From: Candidatus Poribacteria bacterium
GTDB lineage: Bacteria > Poribacteria > WGA-4E > WGA-3G
Length of the DNA stretch: 64,000 nucleotides
Reading direction: 5' to 3'
Assembly: GCA_965205015.1 (NCBI GenBank)
Contig: OZ242029.1
Span: 4,704,001 to 4,768,000, forward strand
Positions 38,672-48,548 of this stretch are shown piece by piece. Numbering within the stretch: position 1 is the stretch's first letter; each line of letters begins with the position of its first letter. The notes under the pieces were generated by a model, which saw nothing but the letters and a program-made list of their open reading frames with translations, searched no databases and had not been told where the DNA came from. The position numbers and the translations under genes are program-made.

Positions 38672-40615
38672 ATGATGCCTTCACCACGTTCACCTATAGA
38701 TACACCAAATCATGAAAAAATCACTCTCCGCACCATCCTCATATCCCTGCTACTCCTGCCCTTCATCTACAAATGGCATATTGCGTGTGAAGCCCTCCGA
38801 TACACCTTTCCAACATTGATGGCACCGTTTTATAGCGTCGTGTTTACGCTCTTAGTCATCTCAGTGTTCAACATCGTTGTAAAGAAATACGCCGCAAAAC
38901 ATGCCCTAACAGGCGGCGAACTGATTAGCCTTTATGTTCTGATGTCCATAACACTGCTGTTCATGTCTTATGATATGTTCCTACCCCTCGTCTCAATTAT
39001 CGTTCACGCTTTCTATTTCGGCACTCCTGAAAACGAATGGCGCGAGTTGTTTTGGCGTTATCTACCGGAGTGGTTAACAATCAATGATCCGCGTGTGCTC
39101 CGCGCATTCTATCTCGGCGATGCCCCGTTTTTTGAAACGCACTCTGTGAAGAAATGGGTGATACCGACGTTCTGGTGGTGCACCTTCACTTTTGCGCTGA
39201 TCTTCGTGATGCAGTGTATCAATGTCATCATCCGAAAACAGTGGACAGAGCAGGAACGTCTCGTGTATCCGATTGTTGAACTTCCGTATCAACTCGCGTA
39301 CAATACAAACCAATTCCTTCGAAACCGGGCGATGTGGTGGGGATTCGGCATTGCGTCACTCATCAGTCTTGCCAACGGGCTTAACATCTTTTTTCCTTCA
39401 ATTCCTGCTTTCCCAAACAAGCACATACCTCTCAACGCATTATTCACTGAAAAGCCGTGGACGGCCTTTCTTCGCGGTGGGAATGCGATTATTGTCTATC
39501 CCTTCGCAGTCGGACTTGGTTTTCTGATGCCGCTTGACTTGCTTATATCATGCCTGCTCTTTTTCTTTCTTTACAAAGTGCAATATTTTATCGCTATCCT
39601 CACCGGACTCGAAAACGTCCCTGGCTTTCCGTATCCGTACGAACAGAATACCGGGGCATACATCGGTATCTGCATAGTCGCGCTTTGGAGTACACGACGG
39701 CAGATTTGGCGGGCGTTCCGTACAGCATTTGGACGCAGCCAAGCAACGGACGAAGCAGAACCGATGCGCTATCGAACCGCGCTTTTGGGGATTATTTTCG
39801 GTGGAATATTCATCATTGGATTCGCGATGCGCGGCGGAATGGCGATGTGGATCGCGATTCTATTCTTTGCCGCACATTTTGCAACGATCGCGATTCCACT
39901 GACACGCATTCGAGCGCAAATAGGGTTCCCGATTCACTCAACAACCTTTATCGGTCCGCACCATAGCCTTATCAGTATACTTGGCACGCGGCGCATCGGT
40001 GCCCGAAACCTAACATGGTTTGCCCTCTTTTTCTGGTTCAATCGAGACAATCGAAGCCACCCAATGCCGCATCAACTTGAAGCGTTTAAACTTGCCGAAC
40101 GCGGCAACATCGATGTAAAAGGCCTGTCCCGTCTGATGATTCTCCTGACACTCCTCGCGATGCCGCTATGCATTTTCATGCTCGTAGATACATTCTTTGA
40201 ACTTGGGGTTAATACCGGCAAAGTGGGGGGACAGATTAACAGTTTCGGTGGACGTGCGTATCGTTTCCTTGAGGGATGGCTCACGTCGCCACAAGACCCA
40301 AACAGGGGTCATATCGCTGCGATAATATTCGGTTTCTCTCTCACAACCTTGCTTTCAGCGGTGCGGAGTCGACTGTTCTGGTGGCCCATCCATCCGCTCG
40401 GTTACGGGGTATCCTTCCACCTACACCTTTTCTGGGCGGCGTTTGCCATCAGTGCGCTCGTCAAATGGAGTGTCTTAAAATATGGCGGACTCGGGCTCTA
40501 TCGAAAAACAGTGCCCCTCTTCCTCGGATTAGCACTCGGAGATTTTGTCATGGGGAGTTTCTGGAATATCTTAAGCATTCTCCTTGACAGACCGACGTAC
40601 ACATTTTATTATTAA
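38672..40615 (+). CDS. Large polytopic membrane protein, DUF6785/DUF6784-like putative transporter
   Basis: Many TM helices; TPENEW, RKQWTEQERLVYP, WWPIHPLGY, LKYGGLGLYRK, PLFLGLALGDF. Confidence 0.65.
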   Translation: MMPSPRSPIDTPNHEKITLRTILISLLLLPFIYKWHIACEALRYTFPTLMAPFYSVVFTLLVISVFNIVVKKYAAKHALTGGELISLYVLMSITLLFMSYDMFLPLVSIIVHAFYFGTPENEWRELFWRYLPEWLTINDPRVLRAFYLGDAPFFETHSVKKWVIPTFWWCTFTFALIFVMQCINVIIRKQWTEQERLVYPIVELPYQLAYNTNQFLRNRAMWWGFGIASLISLANGLNIFFPSIPAFPNKHIPLNALFTEKPWTAFLRGGNAIIVYPFAVGLGFLMPLDLLISCLLFFFLYKVQYFIAILTGLENVPGFPYPYEQNTGAYIGICIVALWSTRRQIWRAFRTAFGRSQATDEAEPMRYRTALLGIIFGGIFIIGFAMRGGMAMWIAILFFAAHFATIAIPLTRIRAQIGFPIHSTTFIGPHHSLISILGTRRIGARNLTWFALFFWFNRDNRSHPMPHQLEAFKLAERGNIDVKGLSRLMILLTLLAMPLCIFMLVDTFFELGVNTGKVGGQINSFGGRAYRFLEGWLTSPQDPNRGHIAAIIFGFSLTTLLSAVRSRLFWWPIHPLGYGVSFHLHLFWAAFAISALVKWSVLKYGGLGLYRKTVPLFLGLALGDFVMGSFWNILSILLDRPTYTFYY

Positions 40616-40654
40616 ACTGGAACCGACAGACTTTGAGCATCGCCTGAACAAATG

Positions 40655-41386
40655 TTACAATCGCTGCTTGATTTTCCCCCAAGTGGTCGCGAGTTTGTCT
40701 GAAGCGGAAACCGCTTGCGGTTTGCCAGCCGTTTCACCCTCACCGTCTCCCATTTCAATGTCATCAATATAAGCATTCAGAGCATCAGGATGGTCCCAAC
40801 CGAAGAAGATCCAACTGAGACTCGGATTCACGCCGCCTTTGCCCCCTTCGCCTCTAAAACCGAAATCATCGACGATCTGTTCGTCATCGACGTAAAAGTC
40901 ATACGTTTTCTTTTTAAAGTCAAGCACGATGCGGAAATGGTGCCATTCCCCCAGTTTTAGCTCCCCCACCTGTTGTCCTGCATTGCCGTCGAGCGCATGG
41001 ATAGAGGTATCCCCCCGGGTATTAAACACGGCAGCTCCTCCCCACTTGATGGCATCTCCACCGATATAAAACAGCATTATGCCTGCGCCCTTATCCCGTT
41101 GCGTGAATAACGAAACATACTGAGTTCCATCATGTGTGCCTTCGAAACTTCTGAGGACCATTGTGTTTTCTGTGATTAGAATGCTTTTGCCTGTGTCCCC
41201 GCGTTTCACCTCGCTGCTAATTTGGCAAGTTTTTTGGTTCATGGCGGTTTTCCAGTCATCTTGCCCAGCGATGTCCCCATCTTTGAAGTTGTCAAAATTC
41301 TCACTGTACCACACGTTACAAAACGCATTGACTCCGAAAAATAGGAGTCCGAAACTGAATGCCAAACTTCGCTTTAACACCCTCAT
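40655..41386 (-). CDS. Secreted concanavalin/LamG-like beta-sandwich protein with C-terminal KLATTW tag
   Basis: Signal peptide; ENFD...GEWHHFRIVLD...YDFYVDD...YIDDI; ends VSASDKLATTWGKIKQRL. Confidence 0.7.
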   Translation of the reverse strand: MRVLKRSLAFSFGLLFFGVNAFCNVWYSENFDNFKDGDIAGQDDWKTAMNQKTCQISSEVKRGDTGKSILITENTMVLRSFEGTHDGTQYVSLFTQRDKGAGIMLFYIGGDAIKWGGAAVFNTRGDTSIHALDGNAGQQVGELKLGEWHHFRIVLDFKKKTYDFYVDDEQIVDDFGFRGEGGKGGVNPSLSWIFFGWDHPDALNAYIDDIEMGDGEGETAGKPQAVSASDKLATTWGKIKQRL

Positions 41387-41637
41387 AATAAGCCTCCTGA
41401 CAGTTTTGTTATGCTACCGTATCATGCCACCAATTACAGATACGCCTATCATACCAGAATTTCTGACCAAAATCAAACGTTTTTTAAAGTGTACGGGACC
41501 ATTTAAACAGTTCTGACGAAATGTCAATCAACTCTTCCCTTTTTTCTCAGAACATGCTATGATCTCACCAATTGCGGAAACACACAGCTAAAAAAGATTT
41601 CGGGTCTACCTTCACACGTCCACTATCAGAAAAAACC

Positions 41638-43062
41638 ATGAAACGATTCGCTTGTTCCCTCCTTATCCCCTTATTTATATCCTCTTCTGCCCTCGCAGAG
41701 CCAAGGCACCAGTTTTTGGGTAGCAATCAGACGTCTGCTGTCACCAGTCTGCACCATCTTGCCAACATTTTAGGCATTGAGGTCTCACGGGATCACGTCA
41801 GAAATGTTCTCAAACAGAAATCCAACGGACATCGAACCCCCAATTCCATAATACTTATTAACACCGCCAGGGAGTTCGGACTTGAATTGCTGGAACAGAA
41901 CCTCAACTACACACACCTACAATTACTGGAAACACCGGCTATCGTTCCCTTGAAACAAGCGTTTGACGAGGAAAACCCAAGTGCCAACGGTATTATATTA
42001 GGGTATTTCATTGTCGTTGAAGAGGCTACCGAGAAATGGGTGCGTATCTTCGGAACTCCCCAAAACGCTACATACGGAGCAGCAACTGTCATTCCGCGCG
42101 ACCGTTTTCTGGAACTTTGGAACGGACAGATCCTAAAGCCATTGTACGTACTTCCTACGGAAGCGAGACAACTGCTCGCAGATATAATGACCGGGACAGA
42201 AGCCTACAAAGCGAAACTCAAAAGCGGTGTGATTGAATTCTCCATCACGCTGAGCCAAGCAACGGATAAACCCATACCCGCAGATGCGGTGACGTACACA
42301 GAAAACGGACACCAATACGAAGAGACGGGATACTGGCACATCACCTACAAATTTGACGGAGAACGTCGCTTCTACGACCTCAAGGCACGTCATAAGATGA
42401 CATTCCACGGACAATCGCTCGACGGCTGGCAAGAGACGCATCGTCAATATCGGTTACTGCGCAGCATATTGCATGTCTGGGAAAAGGTCGGGACCGAGTG
42501 GAAAAAGCACCCACCACAGAAGGCGTCCCCGCGCTTCTTGAAACCACACTTCAACCCACATTGGTGGAGCTGGCCCCTTTGGAATCTCAGACTCATAGAC
42601 CTGTTTCGTTTCTTTAAACCCGTCGATGTCCAACAGGTCAACATGGACAATTCCGCTCACTATCTCCTCACTGGCCGCAGAAGCGGACCTGTCGACAGTG
42701 ATATTGAAATTTGGTTGGATCCACAAAAAGCCTATCGTCCCACGCGTGTGCTAACGCACAGCAGAAGTATACTGGGAACAGCACCGGTGGAAGTCCCTGG
42801 CGAACGTCCCAAACCCATACCGCTTGAAACAGAGTACACCCTTACCCGCTATATATATCAAATCGAGAAGTTTGCGCCAGACATCTGGTTCCCAAAAACC
42901 GTTACGAGAGAAGTATCATTTAGCACGACCGATGAGAACCAACATCCGCCACCGACACTGAGAAAAACAGTTATGCAGGTCCATCGCGCCGTATTTAATA
43001 TCCCCATTGCGGAAGAAGATCTGGGTAGGGTTTCAGATATGGCAAGACCGAAAAATAAGTAG
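41638..43062 (+). CDS. Secreted protein with N-terminal peptidase C39-like domain (catalytic residues apparently substituted)
   Basis: Signal peptide; LINTAREFGL, LETPAIV, GYFIVV, FLELWNG pattern of C39; C-terminal IWFPK beta-rich domain. Confidence 0.55.
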   Translation: MKRFACSLLIPLFISSSALAEPRHQFLGSNQTSAVTSLHHLANILGIEVSRDHVRNVLKQKSNGHRTPNSIILINTAREFGLELLEQNLNYTHLQLLETPAIVPLKQAFDEENPSANGIILGYFIVVEEATEKWVRIFGTPQNATYGAATVIPRDRFLELWNGQILKPLYVLPTEARQLLADIMTGTEAYKAKLKSGVIEFSITLSQATDKPIPADAVTYTENGHQYEETGYWHITYKFDGERRFYDLKARHKMTFHGQSLDGWQETHRQYRLLRSILHVWEKVGTEWKKHPPQKASPRFLKPHFNPHWWSWPLWNLRLIDLFRFFKPVDVQQVNMDNSAHYLLTGRRSGPVDSDIEIWLDPQKAYRPTRVLTHSRSILGTAPVEVPGERPKPIPLETEYTLTRYIYQIEKFAPDIWFPKTVTREVSFSTTDENQHPPPTLRKTVMQVHRAVFNIPIAEEDLGRVSDMARPKNK

Positions 43063-43183
43063 AACCTACTTAATTTTCTTAGACGATTACCTCTTAACTG
43101 AAAACTAATTGACTTCACAAAACGGATATGCTAATCTATTCTTTGGAAATCAACATCCTATATCTCCGCGAAAGGTAAAGTTA

Positions 43184-44221
43184 ATGGAACAATGGATCAC
43201 AGAACTTATTAGCGGGTTACCCAGCCTGGCTCTCTTTCTGATAATTGCGGTAACCCTTTACACCCTCGGCAAAGGTGCAGATTGGCTCGTCGATGAAGCC
43301 GTCATCCTCTCGACCCGATGGGGTTTAGGAAAAGCCGTCATCGGCGCAACGATCGTGAGCATCGGCACCACAACCCCAGAGGCGGCGGTCTCTGTTTTGT
43401 CGGCACTCCAAGGAGAACCGGGGCTTGCACTCGGCAACGCAGTCGGTTCAATCATTTGCGACACGGGACTCATTCTCGGATTGGCATCCCTCATCGCGCC
43501 ACTCCCCCTCAACCGCCAATTGGCTTCACGGCTGTCAAACGTTCAGGTAGGTGCCGGTATCCTGCTCGTGCTCGGCTGTTTTCCGTGGACCTCCCCAGCG
43601 AAAGTCTTCACACAAGGCGGCACTTTACTACAACCTATAGGTTGGGTCTTCGTGGCACTCCTGGGGTTATACATCTATCAGTCCATCCGGTGGGCAAGTG
43701 CCTTAGGCGCGAATGCTGATAATGATGAAGAAGTGGAGGCAGAGGGAACAGGTGCTTTCGGAACACTCCTTAAACTCATCGGGGCAATCGCTATCGTGGT
43801 CCTTTCTGCACAGATTCTAATTCCGACTGTGATCGAGATAGCAGACAGAATACAAGTCCCGGAACACATCATCTCGGCGACCCTCGTTGCGTTTGGGACA
43901 TCGCTCCCAGAATTGGTAACGGCAATAACGGCAGTCAGACGCGGACACGGCGAATTGGCAGTCGGTAACATCATCGGCGCCGATATTCTCAACGTCCTCT
44001 TTGTCGCCGGTGTCTCCGCTTCGGCAACGCAAGGAGGTCTACAGGCAGATGGTCAGTTCTTCCAGTTCCTGTTCCCAGCGATGCTGTTTATCCTGATTGT
44101 GTTTAGGTGTGGGATCTTCGTATCGGGCGATCAGTTGAAACGTCCGTTTGGGGTCGTGCTGGTCGCCACATGGCTCTTGGTGACAATTCTGAGTTATGTC
44201 CTCTCAATTGAAATGCATTAA
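43184..44221 (+). CDS. Calcium/sodium antiporter (CaCA, YrbG-like)
   Basis: Alpha repeats GTTTPE...GNAVGS and GTSLPE...GNIIGA. Confidence 0.9.
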   Translation: MEQWITELISGLPSLALFLIIAVTLYTLGKGADWLVDEAVILSTRWGLGKAVIGATIVSIGTTTPEAAVSVLSALQGEPGLALGNAVGSIICDTGLILGLASLIAPLPLNRQLASRLSNVQVGAGILLVLGCFPWTSPAKVFTQGGTLLQPIGWVFVALLGLYIYQSIRWASALGANADNDEEVEAEGTGAFGTLLKLIGAIAIVVLSAQILIPTVIEIADRIQVPEHIISATLVAFGTSLPELVTAITAVRRGHGELAVGNIIGADILNVLFVAGVSASATQGGLQADGQFFQFLFPAMLFILIVFRCGIFVSGDQLKRPFGVVLVATWLLVTILSYVLSIEMH

Positions 44222-44223
44222 TA

Positions 44224-44317
44224 GTTGTCGGTTGTCAGTTGTCAACCGTCGGTTAAAAGAGGTTTTTGTTAGATGATAACCTCTTTAACTGAAAACCGAT
44301 AACCGATAACTGAAAAC
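44224..44317. repeat. Complete heptamer-arm hairpin element
   Basis: (gttgtcR)3...gttaaaagaggtt, loop, aacctctttaac(tgaaaac/cgataac)4. Confidence 0.8.
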
Positions 44318-44417
44318 CAAAATGAAATATCGTACTTCTTGACAAATTTGTGAAAGCGTGTCACAATCAACGCCAAATTTAGACCACTTTTCCGCAACGC
44401 TCAAAGGAGGCATTACA

Positions 44418-45590
44418 ATGAGCAACGATCAATCACCGAAGCAAGAGGTCTACCGTGCCCAGGCTTTTGCTGATTTCAAACCGGAACTCTCGGCACCCGG
44501 AGCCACACCGGAAAGATTGGCGCATTTAAGGGAACACGGTTTCGTGATTATCAACGACTTCGTTGACAATCCGTGGATCCCAATCCTCCGAGAGGCAGGC
44601 AGACGGGTTACACAAGCGTGCGCCCCAGAGAACGGCTACGATGTTATCGACTGCTCAAAGGGATACGTGCACCGCGCAGGTGAAAATGAACCCTGGGCAA
44701 TCCGAGGCATACTCCATCCGGCATTTAAAGAACCCGTTTTCGCTGAATTTTATGGATCCCCAGATTTCACAGGCTTCGTCAAGGCGTGGTGTGACGTTGA
44801 TCCCGAAGACCTCGTCATGACGAACATACTCCTCTGGTGCAATCCCCGTAGAAAAGAGAACAGACTCGGATGGCACAGAGACACGACATGGTGGGGCACT
44901 GGAGAGAGTTACTTCTCACAAGAAGATCAGCAAGAAGGTCCCGCAGCCTATTCCGAGGAGGTCGAGCGGATCCGCTGGAAAGAAATTCAGGAAGAAAATG
45001 AGAAGCGACTTACCGAACGGAACAGTGTCGGTATGTTCTTGGCACTCGCAGACGACGAATGTCATGAACTCGTCCAAGGTAGCCACAGTCGATGGCGCAC
45101 CCCGCTTGAACACGATGTGCTACTCCCAAAATCCATGAAGGACCAGGGTGTCCCGTATACACCGAGTTGGAACGGCACAGACCCACTTCCGGGGCAGGTT
45201 GCGATTCGGCTCAAACCGGGAGAGGCACTTATCCGTAACGGCACGACGATCCATACCGGACAAACCGTGCCTGAACGTGAGCGCAACACGCTGTCAATCG
45301 GTTGGTCGAAATGGAGCGGTCCCTCCGACGAGGAACCAAAGGTTATCGATGCACGATTCGCATGGCAACTCGACCCTGCTGTGCGTGAGGCACTCCCGCA
45401 CGAATGGATGAAAACGGCATGGGACCGCTGGGCGGCAAATCATAAACTCGGTGATCGGCTCGAAGACCGCTACGCAGGCTTTGACATCGAACGCATCAAA
45501 GCGGGTGAAGTGGTTGGGTGGCGAACCGAACTGGAACGTCAAGCCGCTGCCGCAGGCGAAGCGTGGGAACGCTACCAAACCGTATCCTAG
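44418..45590 (+). CDS. Phytanoyl-CoA dioxygenase (PhyH) family Fe/2-oxoglutarate enzyme
   Basis: GFVII, WHRD (HxD), GSH, LKPGE, IHTG, RNT; AAGGAGG RBS before ATG 44418. Confidence 0.75.
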   Translation: MSNDQSPKQEVYRAQAFADFKPELSAPGATPERLAHLREHGFVIINDFVDNPWIPILREAGRRVTQACAPENGYDVIDCSKGYVHRAGENEPWAIRGILHPAFKEPVFAEFYGSPDFTGFVKAWCDVDPEDLVMTNILLWCNPRRKENRLGWHRDTTWWGTGESYFSQEDQQEGPAAYSEEVERIRWKEIQEENEKRLTERNSVGMFLALADDECHELVQGSHSRWRTPLEHDVLLPKSMKDQGVPYTPSWNGTDPLPGQVAIRLKPGEALIRNGTTIHTGQTVPERERNTLSIGWSKWSGPSDEEPKVIDARFAWQLDPAVREALPHEWMKTAWDRWAANHKLGDRLEDRYAGFDIERIKAGEVVGWRTELERQAAAAGEAWERYQTVS

Positions 45591-45760
45591 TCAAGGCACC
45601 CAAACCTAAAGGATTGGGCTTGTGCTTCGTAGCAGTTCGCCTTCCGAGGAAGGACTTACATCTGCTCCACAGAGGGACCCAAGGCAGCCCTCAAGATGTT
45701 TATCGCAGCGTTTACGTCCCTGTCGCGGTGTGACCCACAGTCGGGGCATGTCCACTGCCG
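45590..45760 (-). ncRNA. Putative TnpB omega/reRNA scaffold (5-prime boundary approximate)
   Basis: Established location overlapping the tnpB 3-prime end and right end; hairpins CCTTCC-TC-GGAAGG and the right-end stem. Confidence 0.5.
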
Positions 45761-46870
45761 ATCTGAAAGAGAAAGGGTTTCGTTGTGATGCCCGCAATCT
45801 GAGCACGGTTTCGTTGTGGGAGTCCATTGCCCGACTTGAGAAAACTCACGATTATGTTTGAAACATTTGAACTTCAATATCTCAACAAACTGGTAAAAGG
45901 CGAGGTCAGAGACTTTGCGTCCCCAGAGGCGTTTCATCCCATCAAGGTTCAGCGTCTCGGTGACAACGTGGTCAAACCGCCGACACAGGTCAGTGGCGCG
46001 TTTGTAGTGCCAATCTCTGCGCTGGTTGGCGATCTTGCGATAAAGTCGTGCAAGTTGACGAACAGCACGCCACCAATTGCCAGATCCTTTCTGCTTACGG
46101 GAGACAGTTTTGTTGAGTTTTCGGAGTTGGTTCAAGGACTGTTTCAGAGGTTGTGGATGCTGAATCTTCTCACCCGTGCTGAGTGTCAGATAGGTGTCCA
46201 TACCGAAGTCTATCCCTACGCTCTTACCTGTAGCGGACATCACTTCTTTGGATATATCATCTGTCACGACGTAGAGCCACAATGTTCCAACGGCATCCCG
46301 ACCGATCTGAATATAACGGACGTTCCCCTCCCAATCGCGATGGGGGTGATACAAGATATTTCTACGGACAAACACAAACTTCTGTTTGGCTTCACTCCAT
46401 TGCTTGAAGGAGATACGGACAGTGCCTTTGGGAACTTTGGAAGGTTTTCCGTCTTCGCATTCTTGAAAAATCGCATACCCTGTTTGGAACTTCGCAGAGC
46501 GGTATTTGCTACGTTTTTTGAACTTCGGGGGACCGACGCGCCTGCCACGTCTACCGTTTTCAATCCAATCAAAGAACCGTTCATACCCGATATGGATACG
46601 GATAATCACGGCGTCAAGGGTATCACGGGGTATCCATGCCCAATGCTTATGGGTGCGTTCGAGCAACTTCGTCAGATGCGGTTGCAGGCGATACCGACCG
46701 GCGTATTTCCCATAGATGCGGTAATATCGCTTCTCCAGAGCAAGGAAGTGGTTATGGACATCGCCAAGTTCATCAAGCATGTTGCCGACGCGCATGTTTT
46801 GCGAGTGTTCGCGTATTTGGTACTTGTAGGTGCGACGCACACGCTTTTGTTTGCGCTTTCGCTTTTTCAT
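45656..46870 (-). CDS. tnpB: RNA-guided endonuclease TnpB
   Basis: RuvC-I GIDFG, RuvC-II VTETL, zinc finger CSDC/CPDC, RuvC-III DRDVNAAINI; PKFKKR. Confidence 0.95.
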   Translation of the reverse strand: MKKRKRKQKRVRRTYKYQIREHSQNMRVGNMLDELGDVHNHFLALEKRYYRIYGKYAGRYRLQPHLTKLLERTHKHWAWIPRDTLDAVIIRIHIGYERFFDWIENGRRGRRVGPPKFKKRSKYRSAKFQTGYAIFQECEDGKPSKVPKGTVRISFKQWSEAKQKFVFVRRNILYHPHRDWEGNVRYIQIGRDAVGTLWLYVVTDDISKEVMSATGKSVGIDFGMDTYLTLSTGEKIQHPQPLKQSLNQLRKLNKTVSRKQKGSGNWWRAVRQLARLYRKIANQRRDWHYKRATDLCRRFDHVVTETLNLDGMKRLWGRKVSDLAFYQFVEILKFKCFKHNREFSQVGQWTPTTKPCSDCGHHNETLSLSDRQWTCPDCGSHRDRDVNAAINILRAALGPSVEQM

Positions 46871-47434
46871 AGCGGTTCACAGTCTCACAGCATTAACCCC
46901 TTATCAGTGGGTAGGCAGACACGCCACCAAGTGGTGACGCTGATAATGTCTGCCACTGTGATATATCTATTAAACCACAATTTAATGAGAATGTCAAGTG
47001 TTTTTTCAAAAAAAAACGCCATGGCCTAATACACGAGGGCGGATTTTCCTCCCCACCCTAAAGGATGGGGAGGAAAATCCGTAAACTTTGATGAGAATTC
47101 GTGAAACCAGTCGACTATCTCTTATCCAAGATAACATTGTTCATCCTCCTCCAAATGACACACCAACAAGGGCCGGATTATGTAAATTTATGATTATTTT
47201 TTATCTAAAGTGAATTTACTACCCAATCCATTTATACCTCTACTAAGCTGGAACAGTGATAGAAACGAAGAAAGTCCCAATCTTAGCAGTGCCACCTAAA
47301 ACCGGTTAATAACAGTATATCATAAGAAAAGCGGAATTGCAAATTCTCCAATCTACGCCTACACCTATGCATTTTCCTAACGGATTAACAGGACTAGCAT
47401 CATCAAATAAGGGGTCTTTTGCTCACCAAAGCGA

Positions 47435-47460
47435 AGGGCACCCACAACGGGTGCCCCTAC
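47435..47460. repeat. REP-like palindrome
   Basis: AGGGCACCCACAACGGGTGCCCCTAC with CTAC end. Confidence 0.65.
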
Positions 47461-47539
47461 AATTGTCCATGCATTTTGAGATTTTACCATAACTTGGCAC
47501 CTATCGAACGTTAAAAACCCCATCTACCTTGGTTGGAGA

Positions 47540-48526
47540 CTATGCTGGTGGTGCGATGAGACGCACAAACGAACTCGACACCTCGTCCAATTCCTCCCGA
47601 ACCGCTGGATCCAACTCCCAACCAACACCGCCGAGCGTATCATCAAGCTGCTCAATCGTGTCGCTCCCACTAATTGCGACGGTGACCTCTGGATGCGATA
47701 ACACCCACGCCACAGCGAGTTGTGCCGGCGTTTTCCCTAACTCCGCCGCCAGTCGCTTGAGGGTTACGATCACCCGTCCGGTCTCACCACTCATCCGTTG
47801 CGCGAATTCTTCTCGTAAGCGGGTCCCCCACAACGTGCCAGCCGGCGGTGGCTCATCGGGTGAATAGACACCACTCAACAGACCGACTGCCAACGGACTA
47901 TAACACATAACGCCTAACCCTTCCTCACGGACCAAACCGAACAGCTCGGTTTCCATATCCCGGTTCAGCAGGTTATACATATTCTGAATACACATATAGG
48001 GCGTTGCGTTAATCCGATCGGCGATCCAGAGTGCCTTACACGCTTGCCATGCTTGATGATTACAACAGCCGATATAGCGGACTTTGCCTGAACGCACGAG
48101 ATCGTCCATTGCGCGGACCGTCTCCTCCTGCGGGGTCGTTTCATCAGGCGCGTGGATGAGGTAGACATCAATATGATCGGTATTGAGCCGCTTCAAGGAA
48201 CGCTCGATCTCCCGCATGATATGGTATCTCGACAACCCCTGATCGTTCGGACCTGGCCCGATCTGGCTGAAAACCTTCGACGTAATCACCACATCGTCAC
48301 GTTTTCCCTGAATCGCTTTACCGAGCACCTCCTCAGAACGACCGATGTTGGCGCGATCGTCCATCAGTCCATAGATGTTGGCACAATCGATAAGATTGAT
48401 GCCAGAATCGATGGCGTGTTCAATGAGCCTTTGGGCATCCTTCGCGTCGCCTTGTCCCCTGAGTCCTAACCCCAACGCGAGTGGACTCACCTTAACGCCT
48501 GCTTTTCCAAAATTGACATACTCCAT
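47540..48526 (-). CDS. Aldo/keto reductase
   Basis: IDCANIYG, SEEVLG, ITSKV, SLKRLNTDHIDVYLIH, GKVRYIG, YSPLAVG. Confidence 0.95.
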   Translation of the reverse strand: MEYVNFGKAGVKVSPLALGLGLRGQGDAKDAQRLIEHAIDSGINLIDCANIYGLMDDRANIGRSEEVLGKAIQGKRDDVVITSKVFSQIGPGPNDQGLSRYHIMREIERSLKRLNTDHIDVYLIHAPDETTPQEETVRAMDDLVRSGKVRYIGCCNHQAWQACKALWIADRINATPYMCIQNMYNLLNRDMETELFGLVREEGLGVMCYSPLAVGLLSGVYSPDEPPPAGTLWGTRLREEFAQRMSGETGRVIVTLKRLAAELGKTPAQLAVAWVLSHPEVTVAISGSDTIEQLDDTLGGVGWELDPAVREELDEVSSSFVRLIAPPA

Positions 48527-48548
48527 AAACGAATTTCCTTTTCTACAA

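Larger units (their letters stand above)
45590..47090 (-). mobile_element. Non-autonomous IS200/IS605-family element (tnpB only, IS1341-like)
   Basis: Subterminal hairpins at both ends (CCCAAACCTAAAGGATTGGG near 45598; CCTCCCCACCCTAAAGGATGGGGAGG near 47048) flanking tnpB; no tnpA. Confidence 0.8.

Noticed and set aside
45827-47029. 400-aa plus-strand ORF
   Set aside because: Antisense shadow of tnpB with no recognisable motifs.
47091-47430. AT-rich stretch beside the IS as a gene or tnpA remnant
   Set aside because: Only short frames and no HUH motif recognised.
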